From NCBI GenBank assembly GCA_049510295.1, contig JBEKZC010000014.1, positions 1,595 through 65,594 of the forward strand: 64,000 nt of DNA, in the 5' to 3' direction. The notes beneath the pieces are model-generated. The model did not search any database, was not told the origin of the DNA, and saw only the letters and a list, made by a program, of their open reading frames with translations. Below, piece after piece: positions 45,052 through 56,236 of the stretch. The position numbers and the translations under genes are program-made. How positions within the stretch are numbered: the first letter of the stretch is position 1; every line of letters begins with the position of its first letter. Source of the DNA: Verrucomicrobiota bacterium (GTDB taxonomy: Bacteria; Verrucomicrobiota; Verrucomicrobiia; Limisphaerales; UBA11358).

Positions 45052-46065
45052 ATGAGTGAATTCAAATTTTCATGCCCTGCTTGCGGCCAAAACATTTTGG
45101 GTGACACATCTCATGTGGGAACAGAGATTGCCTGTCCGGTCTGCAATGCCATCATCGTTGTGCCAAAGGAAACTGCCGGACCCGCCGATGTTTCCACCCC
45201 GACGGGCATCCCGCCGGCGTTGCTGGGCAACATCGCAACCACCGCTCAACGGACTTCTGGTTTGGCCGTCGCTTCGCTGGTCTGCTCCCTGTCATCATTG
45301 ATCACGTGCGTTGGCTGGCTCCCGGGAATCATTTGCGGGCATCTGGCCAAATCACGAATTCGCCGGAATCCATCGCTCAAAGGAAGTGGTCTCGCCACGG
45401 CGGGTCTCATCATCGGCTATTTGATTTTGTTGCTCGAAGCGGGCACCGCCGCAGTTCGCCTATGGTCTTTTTCATCCGCATTGAAACAGGGATACGAAAA
45501 TGTCCGGCAAGACCTGATTACGAACAATGTAATTGTCACGCAAACTCAATCCGCAACTGTTTCCAATGACAATAAACAGACAGAACCCGTCAAGCCCGGG
45601 ACCGTTGCCACCGGCAACCAGCAAATCGAACCCGCCAAATCCGAGTGGACATCCGACATCAGCAAAGCGTCTTTCCCCGACCATCCGGCCAGCGGGAAAC
45701 TTCGTGGAATTGATTTCGCTGTTAAGACAGCGTTGTTCAGAAATGGCGACCTTAAAATAAGTTCCGCGAACGGAATGTCACTGGACATTTATGGTCTGGG
45801 TGCGTCCATTGAAGGCCACAGTTATGAAATCCAGTCCGTTGACGGCAGCAGCGCCAATCCGCACGTCAAGATGACTTGGAATGAAGGAGAAGTGATTCAG
45901 ACCGCGACTTTTAACAAAGGCTATGGAATGAAGCTGCAATTCGATCAAGCCATAAACCGGACGGTGTCCGCGAAAATCTATTTGTGTTTTCCTGACGATT
46001 CAAAAAGCTGCGTCGCCGGCACATTTGAAGTGAGGCTTCTCAAACAGAAGCCCAAAGAGAAATGA
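45052..46065 (+). CDS. zinc-ribbon / DUF4190-like membrane protein
   Basis: CPACGQN...CPVCN zinc ribbon, two hydrophobic helices, unknown C-terminal domain. Confidence 0.6.
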   Translation: MSEFKFSCPACGQNILGDTSHVGTEIACPVCNAIIVVPKETAGPADVSTPTGIPPALLGNIATTAQRTSGLAVASLVCSLSSLITCVGWLPGIICGHLAKSRIRRNPSLKGSGLATAGLIIGYLILLLEAGTAAVRLWSFSSALKQGYENVRQDLITNNVIVTQTQSATVSNDNKQTEPVKPGTVATGNQQIEPAKSEWTSDISKASFPDHPASGKLRGIDFAVKTALFRNGDLKISSANGMSLDIYGLGASIEGHSYEIQSVDGSSANPHVKMTWNEGEVIQTATFNKGYGMKLQFDQAINRTVSAKIYLCFPDDSKSCVAGTFEVRLLKQKPKEK

Positions 46066-46201
46066 CGACAAATTGAGGCAAGGCCGGTTTGGGTTGCGTC
46101 AATTCGCCGGCTTTTTCATTCGGGCGTTGGGCGGTTCATTGAATTCTTCGGCCAAGGCAAGAATTGGCGAGGTTTTTGCAATTTCGTTTCTGAATTCTTC
46201 A

Positions 46202-46229
46202 TTGACGCTGAGGCGGTTGCCCGTAAACT
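46202..46229 (+). promoter_or_regulatory. candidate promoter TTGACG-16 nt-TAAACT upstream of gap
   Basis: Hexamers at 46202-46207 and 46224-46229. Confidence 0.25.
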
Positions 46230-46270
46230 ATGGGTTCGGTTTTTGCAAAACTTTTTTTGGAAACGGATAA

Positions 46271-47362
<1,092 letters not shown>

Positions 47363-47380
47363 ACAGTAGAACGGAATTAT

Positions 47381-47460
47381 TTAACCGCGGATTACGCGGA
47401 TGACACGGATGGAGAAAAATTTATCCGTGAAATCTGCGGAATCCGCGGTTAATCTTTTTT
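47381..47460 (+). terminator. long imperfect hairpin (TTAACCGCGGATT...AATCCGCGGTTAA) followed by TCTTTTTT
   Basis: Arms at 47381-47393 and 47440-47452, with further pairing inside. The T-run abuts the next ATG. Confidence 0.4.
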
Positions 47461-47461
47461 C

Positions 47462-47863
47462 ATGCTCCACAAAGAAATCACCGAAGTCATTATCGGCGCT
47501 GCGATGGCGGTCCTGAATGAACTCAAACCCGGTTTGGACGAAAAGCTGTATGAGAATGCACTCGTCATCGAATTGCAGGCACGCGGTCATTCCGTTGAGC
47601 AGCAGAGGGAATATCCGGTGCATTATCGTGGTCATTTCATTGGCAAGCCCATCCCGGATCTCATCGTGGATGGCAAGGTCATTGCCGATCCCAAAGTCGT
47701 CAGCGACTTCAATGAAACCCACATAGCCCGGATGCTCGGTTATCTGAATATCACCGGTTTGGAGGTGGCGCTACTCCTCAATTTCAAGAATGCCAAACTT
47801 GAATGGAAACGTGTGATGAACGAAAAGCGCCGGAAAAATGCAGGCGATGTGGATTTAAAATAA
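47462..47863 (+). CDS. GxxExxY protein (PD-(D/E)XK nuclease superfamily)
   Basis: KPGLDEKLYENALVIELQARG contains G-L-D-E-K-L-Y. 133 aa. Confidence 0.8.
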   Translation: MLHKEITEVIIGAAMAVLNELKPGLDEKLYENALVIELQARGHSVEQQREYPVHYRGHFIGKPIPDLIVDGKVIADPKVVSDFNETHIARMLGYLNITGLEVALLLNFKNAKLEWKRVMNEKRRKNAGDVDLK

Positions 47864-47910
47864 TATCTGCGTTATCCATGTAATCCGCGGTTATGTTTTG
47901 CGGTTTTCGT

Positions 47911-49737
47911 TCAATTCTTCGTGCCTGACGGCGTATTGGTCGCGGGCTGGCTGGCGGTCTTCAGTTTCTTTTCCACCTCAGACAACCAATAAGCATGCTC
48001 GTCGCCGGGTGCGATTTGATTCAACCGCAGCATGATTTCGCGTGCGGCAGGGTAATCTTCGGTTTGCCAGCAGAATTTGAAGCGCAACTGGAGCACGACC
48101 GGATTGCCGCCGGCCAGGGCAGCGGCCTTTTCCAGCGCGGATTTGGCCGGGGCGGGTTGTCCGGCATCCAGGGCCGCCCGGGCAAGGTTCAGCCAGTAAT
48201 CCAATTTTTTGGGCTGTAGCTGCGCGGCCTTTTCAAGAAACGGCAGGGCTTTTCCCGGCTGGCCGGTCAGGGCCAGACTCGTGCCGTAATAGGAAAGAAC
48301 GACATGGTTTGTCGGGAACAAATGATACGCCTGTTCCAGCGTGCTCAGAACGGCGCTGTCGTCCGCCATGTTCGCGGATGTCCGGACGGTGTTCGTTCCA
48401 TTGCCGGAAAAGAAACGTTGAACCTGCGGCAGATAAATAATGGCGGCAACCGCATTATCTTCAACGCGCTGGGTGTGGGGGCCTTCCTGACTGCTGCGAA
48501 CAAACAGCGTGACCGGATCCCGCCAAATCCACGAGCGGTTCCACGCTGTCACCGCCCACAACAATATCAAGGCAAAAGCGGTCATGCGCATGATGCTTTG
48601 CCGGCGGAAGGCGGAAACGATTGCGGCAAACGCGATCAGCCAGCCAATGAGCGGCAGATAAAGAAACCTTTCGGCCATGTATTGCAGCATGGGCAGCAGG
48701 TTGGAGACGGGCAGCAGGAACAACCCGGTCCACAGCAAGCCAAATCCAGCCAATTCCCATCCGGATTTGCGCCCGGCAATCACCCCGGCCAAAACGAGCG
48801 CGATCAGCAACGCCAGCCCGGCCAAAACCTCCGGCGACCAGAACCGACAGCCGCCAGGCAAATAACTGTAATCAATAAAGAAGGGCGGCACACCCCAGAG
48901 CAAACGAAAATATTTGGGCACCACCGGAAGCATATCAATCAGCGTTTGTCCGTAGCTGCCGGAAATCGGGGCGGTCTGGCTGCTGCGCCCGATGACGAAA
49001 TATCGGTTGGCCAGATAAATGGCGGCAACCATGAGAAACCCTGCCGTGCGGATGATGCTTTGTCTCCAGCCGAGATGATGAATTTTGCGAAAGATCACGA
49101 GCGGAACGACCACGAACGGCACGGCGGATTCCTTGGAATAGACTGCCAGCGCAAAGAAGAGCAGGCCGCGCCAGTGCGCCGCCTTGTTTCCCGGCGGCAG
49201 CAGCAGTTCCCTCAACGCGGCGAGCGTAAAAAACGCGGCGAGAATATCATCGAGCGACTTTGCCCAGCAAACGACCTCCGAGACGACGGGCTGCACGGCG
49301 AATGCCAGCGCAATAAAAAAAGACCACCATCGCGTTTCCGCTTCCGTGAAACCATTGCGCCAGCGCGGCAGCAGCAGCGTCAATGCCGCAAACAGCATCA
49401 TGGCCGTGCCACCATGCCCGAGCACGTTGGCCAGATGGTAAATCCACGGTTGCGGTGTTTCCTTGCCGCCCAGGAAATGCAACAGCGCGTAGAGCGCAGT
49501 GCGAACCGGCCGGAAAACCCGGAAATCATCCGGATGTGTCGCCTGGGCATCAAGACGATAGAACATTTCCGGGACGTGCTTCAGTGAACGAACACTCGGC
49601 AGATCACGTATGAAAAATTCGTCGTCCCATACGAAGTCAAATGTCACCGTGTGTCCCCAGACCAAAAAAGTGGCAATCCCCAGCAATAAAAAAGGCGGCC
49701 ATCTTTTTGCAAGGAACAGGTTCATTGCCATGCCCAA
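47911..49737 (-). CDS. multi-pass membrane protein with C-terminal TPR repeats (TMTC/O-mannosyltransferase-like, DUF1736-type)
   Basis: About 10 hydrophobic helices followed by TPR repeats. FDFVWDDEFFI near the N-terminus is typical of TMTC-like proteins. Confidence 0.65.
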   Translation of the reverse strand: MGMAMNLFLAKRWPPFLLLGIATFLVWGHTVTFDFVWDDEFFIRDLPSVRSLKHVPEMFYRLDAQATHPDDFRVFRPVRTALYALLHFLGGKETPQPWIYHLANVLGHGGTAMMLFAALTLLLPRWRNGFTEAETRWWSFFIALAFAVQPVVSEVVCWAKSLDDILAAFFTLAALRELLLPPGNKAAHWRGLLFFALAVYSKESAVPFVVVPLVIFRKIHHLGWRQSIIRTAGFLMVAAIYLANRYFVIGRSSQTAPISGSYGQTLIDMLPVVPKYFRLLWGVPPFFIDYSYLPGGCRFWSPEVLAGLALLIALVLAGVIAGRKSGWELAGFGLLWTGLFLLPVSNLLPMLQYMAERFLYLPLIGWLIAFAAIVSAFRRQSIMRMTAFALILLWAVTAWNRSWIWRDPVTLFVRSSQEGPHTQRVEDNAVAAIIYLPQVQRFFSGNGTNTVRTSANMADDSAVLSTLEQAYHLFPTNHVVLSYYGTSLALTGQPGKALPFLEKAAQLQPKKLDYWLNLARAALDAGQPAPAKSALEKAAALAGGNPVVLQLRFKFCWQTEDYPAAREIMLRLNQIAPGDEHAYWLSEVEKKLKTASQPATNTPSGTKN

Positions 49738-49746
49738 ATTTAAACT

Positions 49747-50400
49747 TCAATGTCCGGTTTCATTCTGCGGCTTGCTTTGAATTATCCCTGCCTTTTCCAG
49801 CTTCTCAAGTTTGGGCGCGATGACCATCCGGCAGTAGGGCGCATTGGAATTGTTGTCGTAGTATTCCTGATGGTAACCCTCAGCTTTGTAAAACTTGGTG
49901 AACGGCACAATTTCGGTGACGATGGGGTGCTTGAAATTTTTCTGCGCCCCGGCCTTTGATTTTTCCGCCGCCAGTTTCTGCGCTTCGCTGTGATAAAGGA
50001 TGATGGAGCGGTATTGCGTGCCTTCGTCCGCGCCCTGACAATTGAGCGTGGTCGGGTCATGCGCCTGCCAGAAAACGTCGAGCAGTTTCTCGTAGGAGAT
50101 TTTGGACGGGTCAAATTCGATCTGTGTCACCTCGGCATGGCCGGTGGTGCCGGTGCCTACCTGTTCGTAGGTCGGGTTGGCGGTGTGGCCGCCGGCAAAT
50201 CCGCTGGCGACGGATTTGACGCCGGGCAGCCGCTCGAAGACGGCTTCCATGCACCAGAAGCAGCCGCCGCCAAACAGGGCGGATTCAGTTTTGTTTGTGT
50301 TCATGGAATTGGTGGGTTGCGCAAGCGCGGACAAATTCAGCGCGCCAGCAGCCAGTAAAAGACAAATTGTTTGTTTCATTTTCCCATTTGCAAAATTCAT
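49747..50400 (-). CDS. msrA: peptide-methionine (S)-S-oxide reductase, secreted form
   Basis: GGGCFWCMEAVF catalytic motif. N-terminal signal-like segment. Confidence 0.9.
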   Translation of the reverse strand: MNFANGKMKQTICLLLAAGALNLSALAQPTNSMNTNKTESALFGGGCFWCMEAVFERLPGVKSVASGFAGGHTANPTYEQVGTGTTGHAEVTQIEFDPSKISYEKLLDVFWQAHDPTTLNCQGADEGTQYRSIILYHSEAQKLAAEKSKAGAQKNFKHPIVTEIVPFTKFYKAEGYHQEYYDNNSNAPYCRMVIAPKLEKLEKAGIIQSKPQNETGH

Positions 50401-50666
50401 TCCTTTTCCGGCAAATCCAAATCCTCGCCCGGCGGCAGGCCGGCGTATTTTTCAAAATGCTCCGGGCGCAACGGTTCGGAAATCACATGTTCGCCGCCGA
50501 GCCATTTGCCGAGGTCAATCAACTTGCAACGGTGCGAACAAAACGGGCCATACGCCCCGGCAAACCAGTCGCCTTTCTTTTTGCAAACCGGACATTCCAG
50601 CCGGTGAATGCGCTCATTTGGTTTCTGTTGCAATTGTCTTGATGTCGTTGACGATGTTTGTGGCAT
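50397..50666 (-). CDS. yacG: DNA gyrase inhibitor YacG-like zinc finger protein
   Basis: CPVCKKK...FCSHRCKLIDLGKW. Start uncertain: ATG at 50666 overlaps the upstream gene, and an alternative TTG lies near 50625. Confidence 0.7.
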   Translation of the reverse strand: MPQTSSTTSRQLQQKPNERIHRLECPVCKKKGDWFAGAYGPFCSHRCKLIDLGKWLGGEHVISEPLRPEHFEKYAGLPPGEDLDLPEKE

Positions 50667-51201
50667 TGTCCGGCGACACTCCGCCGTTTTGCAAAAGGGT
50701 TTGGACGTCGGCGAAAATTTTCTGCTGTTGCGCCGGCGAAAGATGCGAACTGTTGAAGATGGCATGGACATCCTGCGCCAGTTTTTGATGTTGCGGGCGC
50801 AGTTTTTCATTTCCAGCCATTGCTGTCATCAGGTCATCCGCCAGTTTGGAAATGGACGCGGGCGACGGTTTCGTGCCCGAGGCCGCCGCCGTCAGATTAT
50901 TCATCAACGACGGCTTTTGCGCGGCGGCTGAATTGGTGTCGGCCCGGTCACCGAAGGCGTCAAAATCGACATGGAGGGCGGCGATGTTTTGCCGGGTGGC
51001 TTCGAGCACCGGGTCCGGTGGCGGATTGGTTTGCGACGGCGGAGCGGGCGGTGGCTGGGCCGGCGGCGGTGGATTGTCCTGCCGCGTACTGCTGGCATTG
51101 GCGGCAACGTTTTTGGCCTGCCGGATCGCCGCCGAATAAACGTCGGCCAGGACGCCGTTGGTCACGAACAACAAACAAAAAAACGCAGTGAGGGTTTTCA
51201 T
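50614..51201 (-). CDS. secreted Pro-rich hypothetical protein
   Basis: Signal peptide MKTLTAFFCLLFVTNGVLA, then a PPPPAQPPPAPP stretch. Confidence 0.55.
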   Translation of the reverse strand: MKTLTAFFCLLFVTNGVLADVYSAAIRQAKNVAANASSTRQDNPPPPAQPPPAPPSQTNPPPDPVLEATRQNIAALHVDFDAFGDRADTNSAAAQKPSLMNNLTAAASGTKPSPASISKLADDLMTAMAGNEKLRPQHQKLAQDVHAIFNSSHLSPAQQQKIFADVQTLLQNGGVSPDNATNIVNDIKTIATETK

Positions 51202-51210
51202 GGATTTTCA

Positions 51211-53547
51211 CTAATTGGCAATCAAAATCTGTTTCGACGACAAAAGTGAAATGTAATCTTCAAGAATCCGTTCCGTTTCGTCCAGCATGGGGTCAGGTGG
51301 CTTCGGCGCGTCGGCCACCTTTGAAGACGCGGTTGACATCGAATTTGTGCCTGCGGGCAAACTGTTTGCGGTCATGGTATTGGTTTCCCCGACCGGCGGC
51401 GGGAGACCGGGATCATCGGCTTTTTCGACGGTCAGCTCATAAATTTTTACATCTGACACCTTACGCGCGGCCCGTTCCGTATCGCGCGTTTTTTGGCGGG
51501 CGTCGGCGTCCTGCCGTTCCTTCAGGCGTTCGTGTTCATTGAGCGAGGCGGTTTTGTCGGCCTGCAATTTTTGGAATTGGTCAATATCCTGCCGGGTATA
51601 AATGAAATCCTGATTCGTGGCGGTGCGCTCGCTCGAACGCCGGCGTAATTCGTCGAGATACGGTTGCACCAGATTCAATTTGGAGTAATTCACACTGGGA
51701 ATGGTGTCCCAAGGCAGCGGATTTTCGAGCGAGGATTCGCCAAATTGAGTCGAATAATTCAACACGTCCGGCAGCACGAGGTCTGGCATCACGCCTTTCA
51801 ACTGCGTCGAAGCCCCGCTGACGCGATAAAATTTGCGGATGGTGATTTTGACCGTGCCGGGATCATTGGTCGCGGACGCGGTGGCCGGCCCGACGAAGAA
51901 TGGGCGCAGCAGATTCAAACTCTGCACCGTGCCTTTGCCGAAGGTGGAAATGTCGCCGACGATGAGCGCGCGACCGTAATCTTGTAATGCGGCGGCGGCG
52001 ATTTCCGCCGCGGACGCGCTGAGACGGTTGACGAGCACGACGAGCGGGCCGGCGTAAAGCATGGAAGAATCAGTGTCGCCATCCACGTTTACCGGGCCGT
52101 CGGACGAAGAACGGGCGAGCACAACCGGGCCGTCTTTGATGAAAAGGCCGGTGAATTTGACGGCTTCTTCGAGCGAACCGCCGGGGTTGCCGCGCAAATC
52201 GAGAATGATGCCGGCGGCCTTTTCCGATTTGAGTTTTTTAATCAGGCGCGTGACATCGGCGGTGGTGCTTTTGGCCGTTGAATGCTCGGTGTTGCCGGGC
52301 AAATCAACCGTCGCGTAAAACGACGGCAAATCAATGACGCCCAGCCGCGTCGTACCGCCGTGGCTATCCGGCAATTCGATGAGTTGGGCCCTGGCTTCAT
52401 AGTCTTCGAGTTTGATTTCATCACGGATCAAAGTCACAACGCGGCGAACGGCGCGGTCTTCCGGCGGACTGATGGTCAGCCGCACTTCGGTTCCTTTTGG
52501 GCCGCGAATGAGCTGGACAACTTTGCCGAGCTCCATGTCCACGACATCCACGGACGGCTGATTGTCCTGCGCAACGGCAATGATGCGGTCTTTTTCATGC
52601 AGTTGCTTGCTTTTCTCCGCCGGGCCGCCGTGAACCAGCGAACTGATGGTGCAATAGCCGTCGTCCTCGGTCAGTTGAGCGCCAATGCCGAAAAGTGACA
52701 GGCTCATGTCGATGGAAAAAGTCTGCGCATGCTCGGTGTTGAAATAATCCGAATGCGGGTCGTAGGCATGCGCCAGGGCGTTGAGATACGCCTGCAAAAC
52801 GCCCGTGCTGTCCAAATTGGTCGCCATGTGCAAATTCCAGCGATAATGCCGCGCCAGCGTGCCGGTGATTTCCGCGGCGGCGGATTTGGGCAAAGTCAGG
52901 ATCACATTGTTATTGGTCGGCGAAATCTCGCGGCTGAGTTTTTCCTGCAAATACTCGTAACGCAATCGCTGCGACCAAAGTTGTTTTGCCTCGTCGAGGT
53001 CTTTGGGATGGGGCGCGTGGCGCCGGTCGAGCAGAATATGTTCGTCGTTGTTAAATTTGAATCTGTCCTCCTGCAAAAGTTCGTTCACATGGTCAGCGTG
53101 CTGTTGGATGCGTTCAAGGTATCGCCGGTAAATTTCATACGCGGGCGTGAGGTTGGCAGTGCCGTTGGTGCCGATGGTGAATGTGTCGAGATTCGTCCGG
53201 TAGTGCATGAATCCGGCAATATCGGATTGCAGAAAATTTTCATGCCTTGGATCGAGGGTTTCCAAATAACCGTCGAAAAACTTTTCTGAAATCTCCGTGT
53301 CGAGCAGTTGTTGCGAGTAGTGAAATTCCTCCAGCAACCGCGCCGTGACGTAGGCGATGCGCGCGTCGTTTTGCCCCGGCGCCAGGAAAATGTTTGTTTG
53401 CGTCATCAACGCCGGGGAAACGCTGGTTTGGGTTGCCGGCGGCGGGGGGGGTGGAACCGTTTTGGCGATGGTGCAGCCGATGATGACAGACCCGGCCAGC
53501 ACGGCAGATGCGATGGGGGCGAGGATTTTTATTTTTAAGTGACTCAT
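51211..53547 (-). CDS. prc: carboxy-terminal processing (tail-specific) peptidase, S41 family
   Basis: LDLRGNPGGSLEEAV, PDZ region, LVNRLSASAAEI. ATG at 53547 preferred over TTG at 53571. Confidence 0.85.
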   Translation of the reverse strand: MSHLKIKILAPIASAVLAGSVIIGCTIAKTVPPPPPPATQTSVSPALMTQTNIFLAPGQNDARIAYVTARLLEEFHYSQQLLDTEISEKFFDGYLETLDPRHENFLQSDIAGFMHYRTNLDTFTIGTNGTANLTPAYEIYRRYLERIQQHADHVNELLQEDRFKFNNDEHILLDRRHAPHPKDLDEAKQLWSQRLRYEYLQEKLSREISPTNNNVILTLPKSAAAEITGTLARHYRWNLHMATNLDSTGVLQAYLNALAHAYDPHSDYFNTEHAQTFSIDMSLSLFGIGAQLTEDDGYCTISSLVHGGPAEKSKQLHEKDRIIAVAQDNQPSVDVVDMELGKVVQLIRGPKGTEVRLTISPPEDRAVRRVVTLIRDEIKLEDYEARAQLIELPDSHGGTTRLGVIDLPSFYATVDLPGNTEHSTAKSTTADVTRLIKKLKSEKAAGIILDLRGNPGGSLEEAVKFTGLFIKDGPVVLARSSSDGPVNVDGDTDSSMLYAGPLVVLVNRLSASAAEIAAAALQDYGRALIVGDISTFGKGTVQSLNLLRPFFVGPATASATNDPGTVKITIRKFYRVSGASTQLKGVMPDLVLPDVLNYSTQFGESSLENPLPWDTIPSVNYSKLNLVQPYLDELRRRSSERTATNQDFIYTRQDIDQFQKLQADKTASLNEHERLKERQDADARQKTRDTERAARKVSDVKIYELTVEKADDPGLPPPVGETNTMTANSLPAGTNSMSTASSKVADAPKPPDPMLDETERILEDYISLLSSKQILIAN

Positions 53548-53685
53548 TGCAATTGGCACAGCTTCGACCAAGTCTAAGCAGATTCGTTCAGCAAGGGAAT
53601 CATTTTGAGCGCGCCGGTGTTTGAGTGTAAAAAGAATTGCAATTTTAATCCCAATCCCGATAATAGCCCCTCGAAAATCAAAACT

Positions 53686-54627
53686 ATGAAGACTATTGCA
53701 TTGGCTGTGATTTTTTCCCTGAGCGCCGCCAGCCTTGTGGGCTGCGCCTCCAAGTCAAAACCAGTTGGAAAACCAGTTGGCACAACCGTCCAAACTTCCA
53801 TCGCTCCCATTGATAAAACGCCGGCCGGCACGAATGTGCTGGGTGACGAAAAGGCGCGCGTCAGTTACGCCATTGGCATGTCTATGGGCCACACCTTGCA
53901 GCGCCAAGGGGTCGAGGTTGACGCAAACCTAGTCGCACGCGGCGTCAATGACGTGCTGTCCGGCCCTACGCTGCTCACGCCGGAACAGGCGCAGGAGACG
54001 CTGACGGCATTTCAAAAAGAGTTTGCCGCCAAGCAGCGAAAAATGCACGAAGAGGCGGCGGCAAAAAACAAGGCGGACGGCGAGGCCTTTCTGGCCACAA
54101 ACAAAAACAACCCGGTTGTCGTCACATTGCCGGACGGCCTGCAATACAAAGTCATCACCAATGGCAACGGCACGATTCCAGCGCCCAACGATGTCGTAAC
54201 GGTGAATTATCGCGGCACGTTGATTGATGGCACGGAATTCGACAGTTCCATCAAACGCGGCCAGCCCGCACGATTTTCCGTCAACGGCGTCATTTCCGGC
54301 TGGACGGAGGCGCTCCTGAAAATGAACGTCGGCTCCAAATGGCAGTTGTTTGTGCCGTCGGAACTCGCTTACGGCGAACGGGGACGCCCCGGTATTCCGG
54401 CCAATTCCGTTTTGATCTTTGAAGTTGAACTGCTTTCCACCGAACATCAGTCACCGCCCGCGTCGGGGGTTTCAACCAATTCACCGCTCACCAGCGACAT
54501 CATCAAAGTGCCTTCGCAAGAAGAAATGAAAAAAGGCGCGAAGATCGAAGTCATCAAACCTGAAGACGCGGCAAAATACCAGCAGTCGCAAACACCGCCA
54601 CCACAAACCAACCAACCGGCGAAATAG
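53686..54627 (+). CDS. FKBP-type peptidyl-prolyl isomerase (FkpA/Mip-like lipoprotein)
   Basis: Lipobox SLVGC. GTEFDSS...VISGWTEALLKMNVGSKWQLFVPSELAYGERG...LIFEVELL. Confidence 0.85.
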   Translation: MKTIALAVIFSLSAASLVGCASKSKPVGKPVGTTVQTSIAPIDKTPAGTNVLGDEKARVSYAIGMSMGHTLQRQGVEVDANLVARGVNDVLSGPTLLTPEQAQETLTAFQKEFAAKQRKMHEEAAAKNKADGEAFLATNKNNPVVVTLPDGLQYKVITNGNGTIPAPNDVVTVNYRGTLIDGTEFDSSIKRGQPARFSVNGVISGWTEALLKMNVGSKWQLFVPSELAYGERGRPGIPANSVLIFEVELLSTEHQSPPASGVSTNSPLTSDIIKVPSQEEMKKGAKIEVIKPEDAAKYQQSQTPPPQTNQPAK

Positions 54628-54682
54628 GCGCCGGCGGCTTGAACAGGCAGTCAGGGGGCGGTGTCAATAGTTTCACCAAACT

Positions 54683-56209
54683 ATGAAACATTTTCCCAGG
54701 TCATTGGTTGGATTTCTTTCAGGCATCGCGGGCGCGCTGGTCGTGGCCGGCCTGTTTCTCCTCACCTCCTGGGCCGGGGAAACCGAACCGGCGATCAAGG
54801 TTGAAACCACGCCCGTCAACCGTGACGCCCGGCCTGGTGCCAGCTTCGCACCCGTCGTCAAAAAAGCCGCACCGAGCGTCGTGAACATTTACTCCACGCA
54901 CATCGTTCATATCCGGCCGATGCGCAACCCATTTTTTGCCGACCCGTTTTTCCGGCAATTTTTCGGCAATCAGTTCCCAAACGACGGACGTGAACGCACG
55001 CGCCGGGAGCAAAGCCTCGGCTCCGGCGTCATCGTTTCACCGGATGGTTACATTTTAACGGCCAATCACGTGGTGGACGGCGCGGATGAAATCGAAGTTG
55101 CCATTGCCGACAACAAAAAGGAGTTCACTGCCCGGGTTGTTGGCACCGACCCGCCGACGGACGTGGCGGTTTTGAAAATTGACGCGAAGGATTTGCCAGC
55201 CATCACGTTGGGCGACAGCGACCAATTGGAGGTCGGCGACATTGTGCTCGCCATCGGCAATCCCTTTCGCGTTGGCCAGACTGTGACGATGGGCATCGTG
55301 AGCGCGCTCGGACGCGGCAATTTTGCCTTTGGTCGCATCAACCAGTATGAAGATTTCATTCAAACCGATGCGGCAATCAATCCCGGCAATTCCGGTGGCG
55401 CGCTGGTGGACGCCGAAGGCCGGCTCATGGGCATCAACACCGCCATTATTCCAAATGATAACGGAGGCAATCAGGGCATCGGCTTCGCCGTCCCCATCAA
55501 CATGGCGCGCCACGTCATGGAACGCCTCATCTCCGGCGGCAAAGTAACGCGCGGCGACCTCGCCATCCTGCTTCAAGATATCACGCCCCGGCTGGCAAAG
55601 GCGCTGGATTTGCCGGATCAAAACGGGGTGCTTGTCAGCGATGTTTTTCCGAATACGCCCGCGGAGAAGGCCGGAATCAAATCGGGAGACGTGATTGTCG
55701 GTTTCAACGGCAAGGACATCCCCGACATGCACAGCTTTCAACTGGCCGTTTCCGAGTGCGCGCCGGGAAGCTCGGCAACAGTGAAATTGCTCCACGATGG
55801 ACGCCCGGAAACGGTCACGCTCACGCTCACCGAGCTGCCCGGTGAAGCTGCGCAAAGTGACAATGACCAGAAAAGACCGGGTTCCGGCAATTCCATGATT
55901 GACGCCCTCGACGGCGTGACGGTGGCTGATTTGGAGCCGTCGGTGCGGCGGCAACTGGGGGTTCCCCCCGGCATTCGGGGCGCACTCGTCGCGGAGGTTG
56001 AACAGGCCTCAAATTCCGCCGACGCCGGATTGCAGCGCGGGGACGTGATCATGGAAATCAACCGCCAGCCGGTGAGCGGCTCCAACGACGCGGTCAAACT
56101 TGGCCGGCAGGCCAGGGGGGATCAAATCCTGCTGAAAATCTGGCGCCGACAGGGCGACATCGCCGGCACCTGCTACCTCAGCGTGGACAACACGAAAATC
56201 GGGAAGTAG
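54683..56209 (+). CDS. Do/HtrA-family serine endopeptidase with two PDZ domains
   Basis: TANHVV (His), D in DVAVLKI, GNSGGALV (Ser). Confidence 0.9.
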   Translation: MKHFPRSLVGFLSGIAGALVVAGLFLLTSWAGETEPAIKVETTPVNRDARPGASFAPVVKKAAPSVVNIYSTHIVHIRPMRNPFFADPFFRQFFGNQFPNDGRERTRREQSLGSGVIVSPDGYILTANHVVDGADEIEVAIADNKKEFTARVVGTDPPTDVAVLKIDAKDLPAITLGDSDQLEVGDIVLAIGNPFRVGQTVTMGIVSALGRGNFAFGRINQYEDFIQTDAAINPGNSGGALVDAEGRLMGINTAIIPNDNGGNQGIGFAVPINMARHVMERLISGGKVTRGDLAILLQDITPRLAKALDLPDQNGVLVSDVFPNTPAEKAGIKSGDVIVGFNGKDIPDMHSFQLAVSECAPGSSATVKLLHDGRPETVTLTLTELPGEAAQSDNDQKRPGSGNSMIDALDGVTVADLEPSVRRQLGVPPGIRGALVAEVEQASNSADAGLQRGDVIMEINRQPVSGSNDAVKLGRQARGDQILLKIWRRQGDIAGTCYLSVDNTKIGK

Positions 56210-56236
56210 CCCGGAATTGGGAGAGTGGCCTGATTT

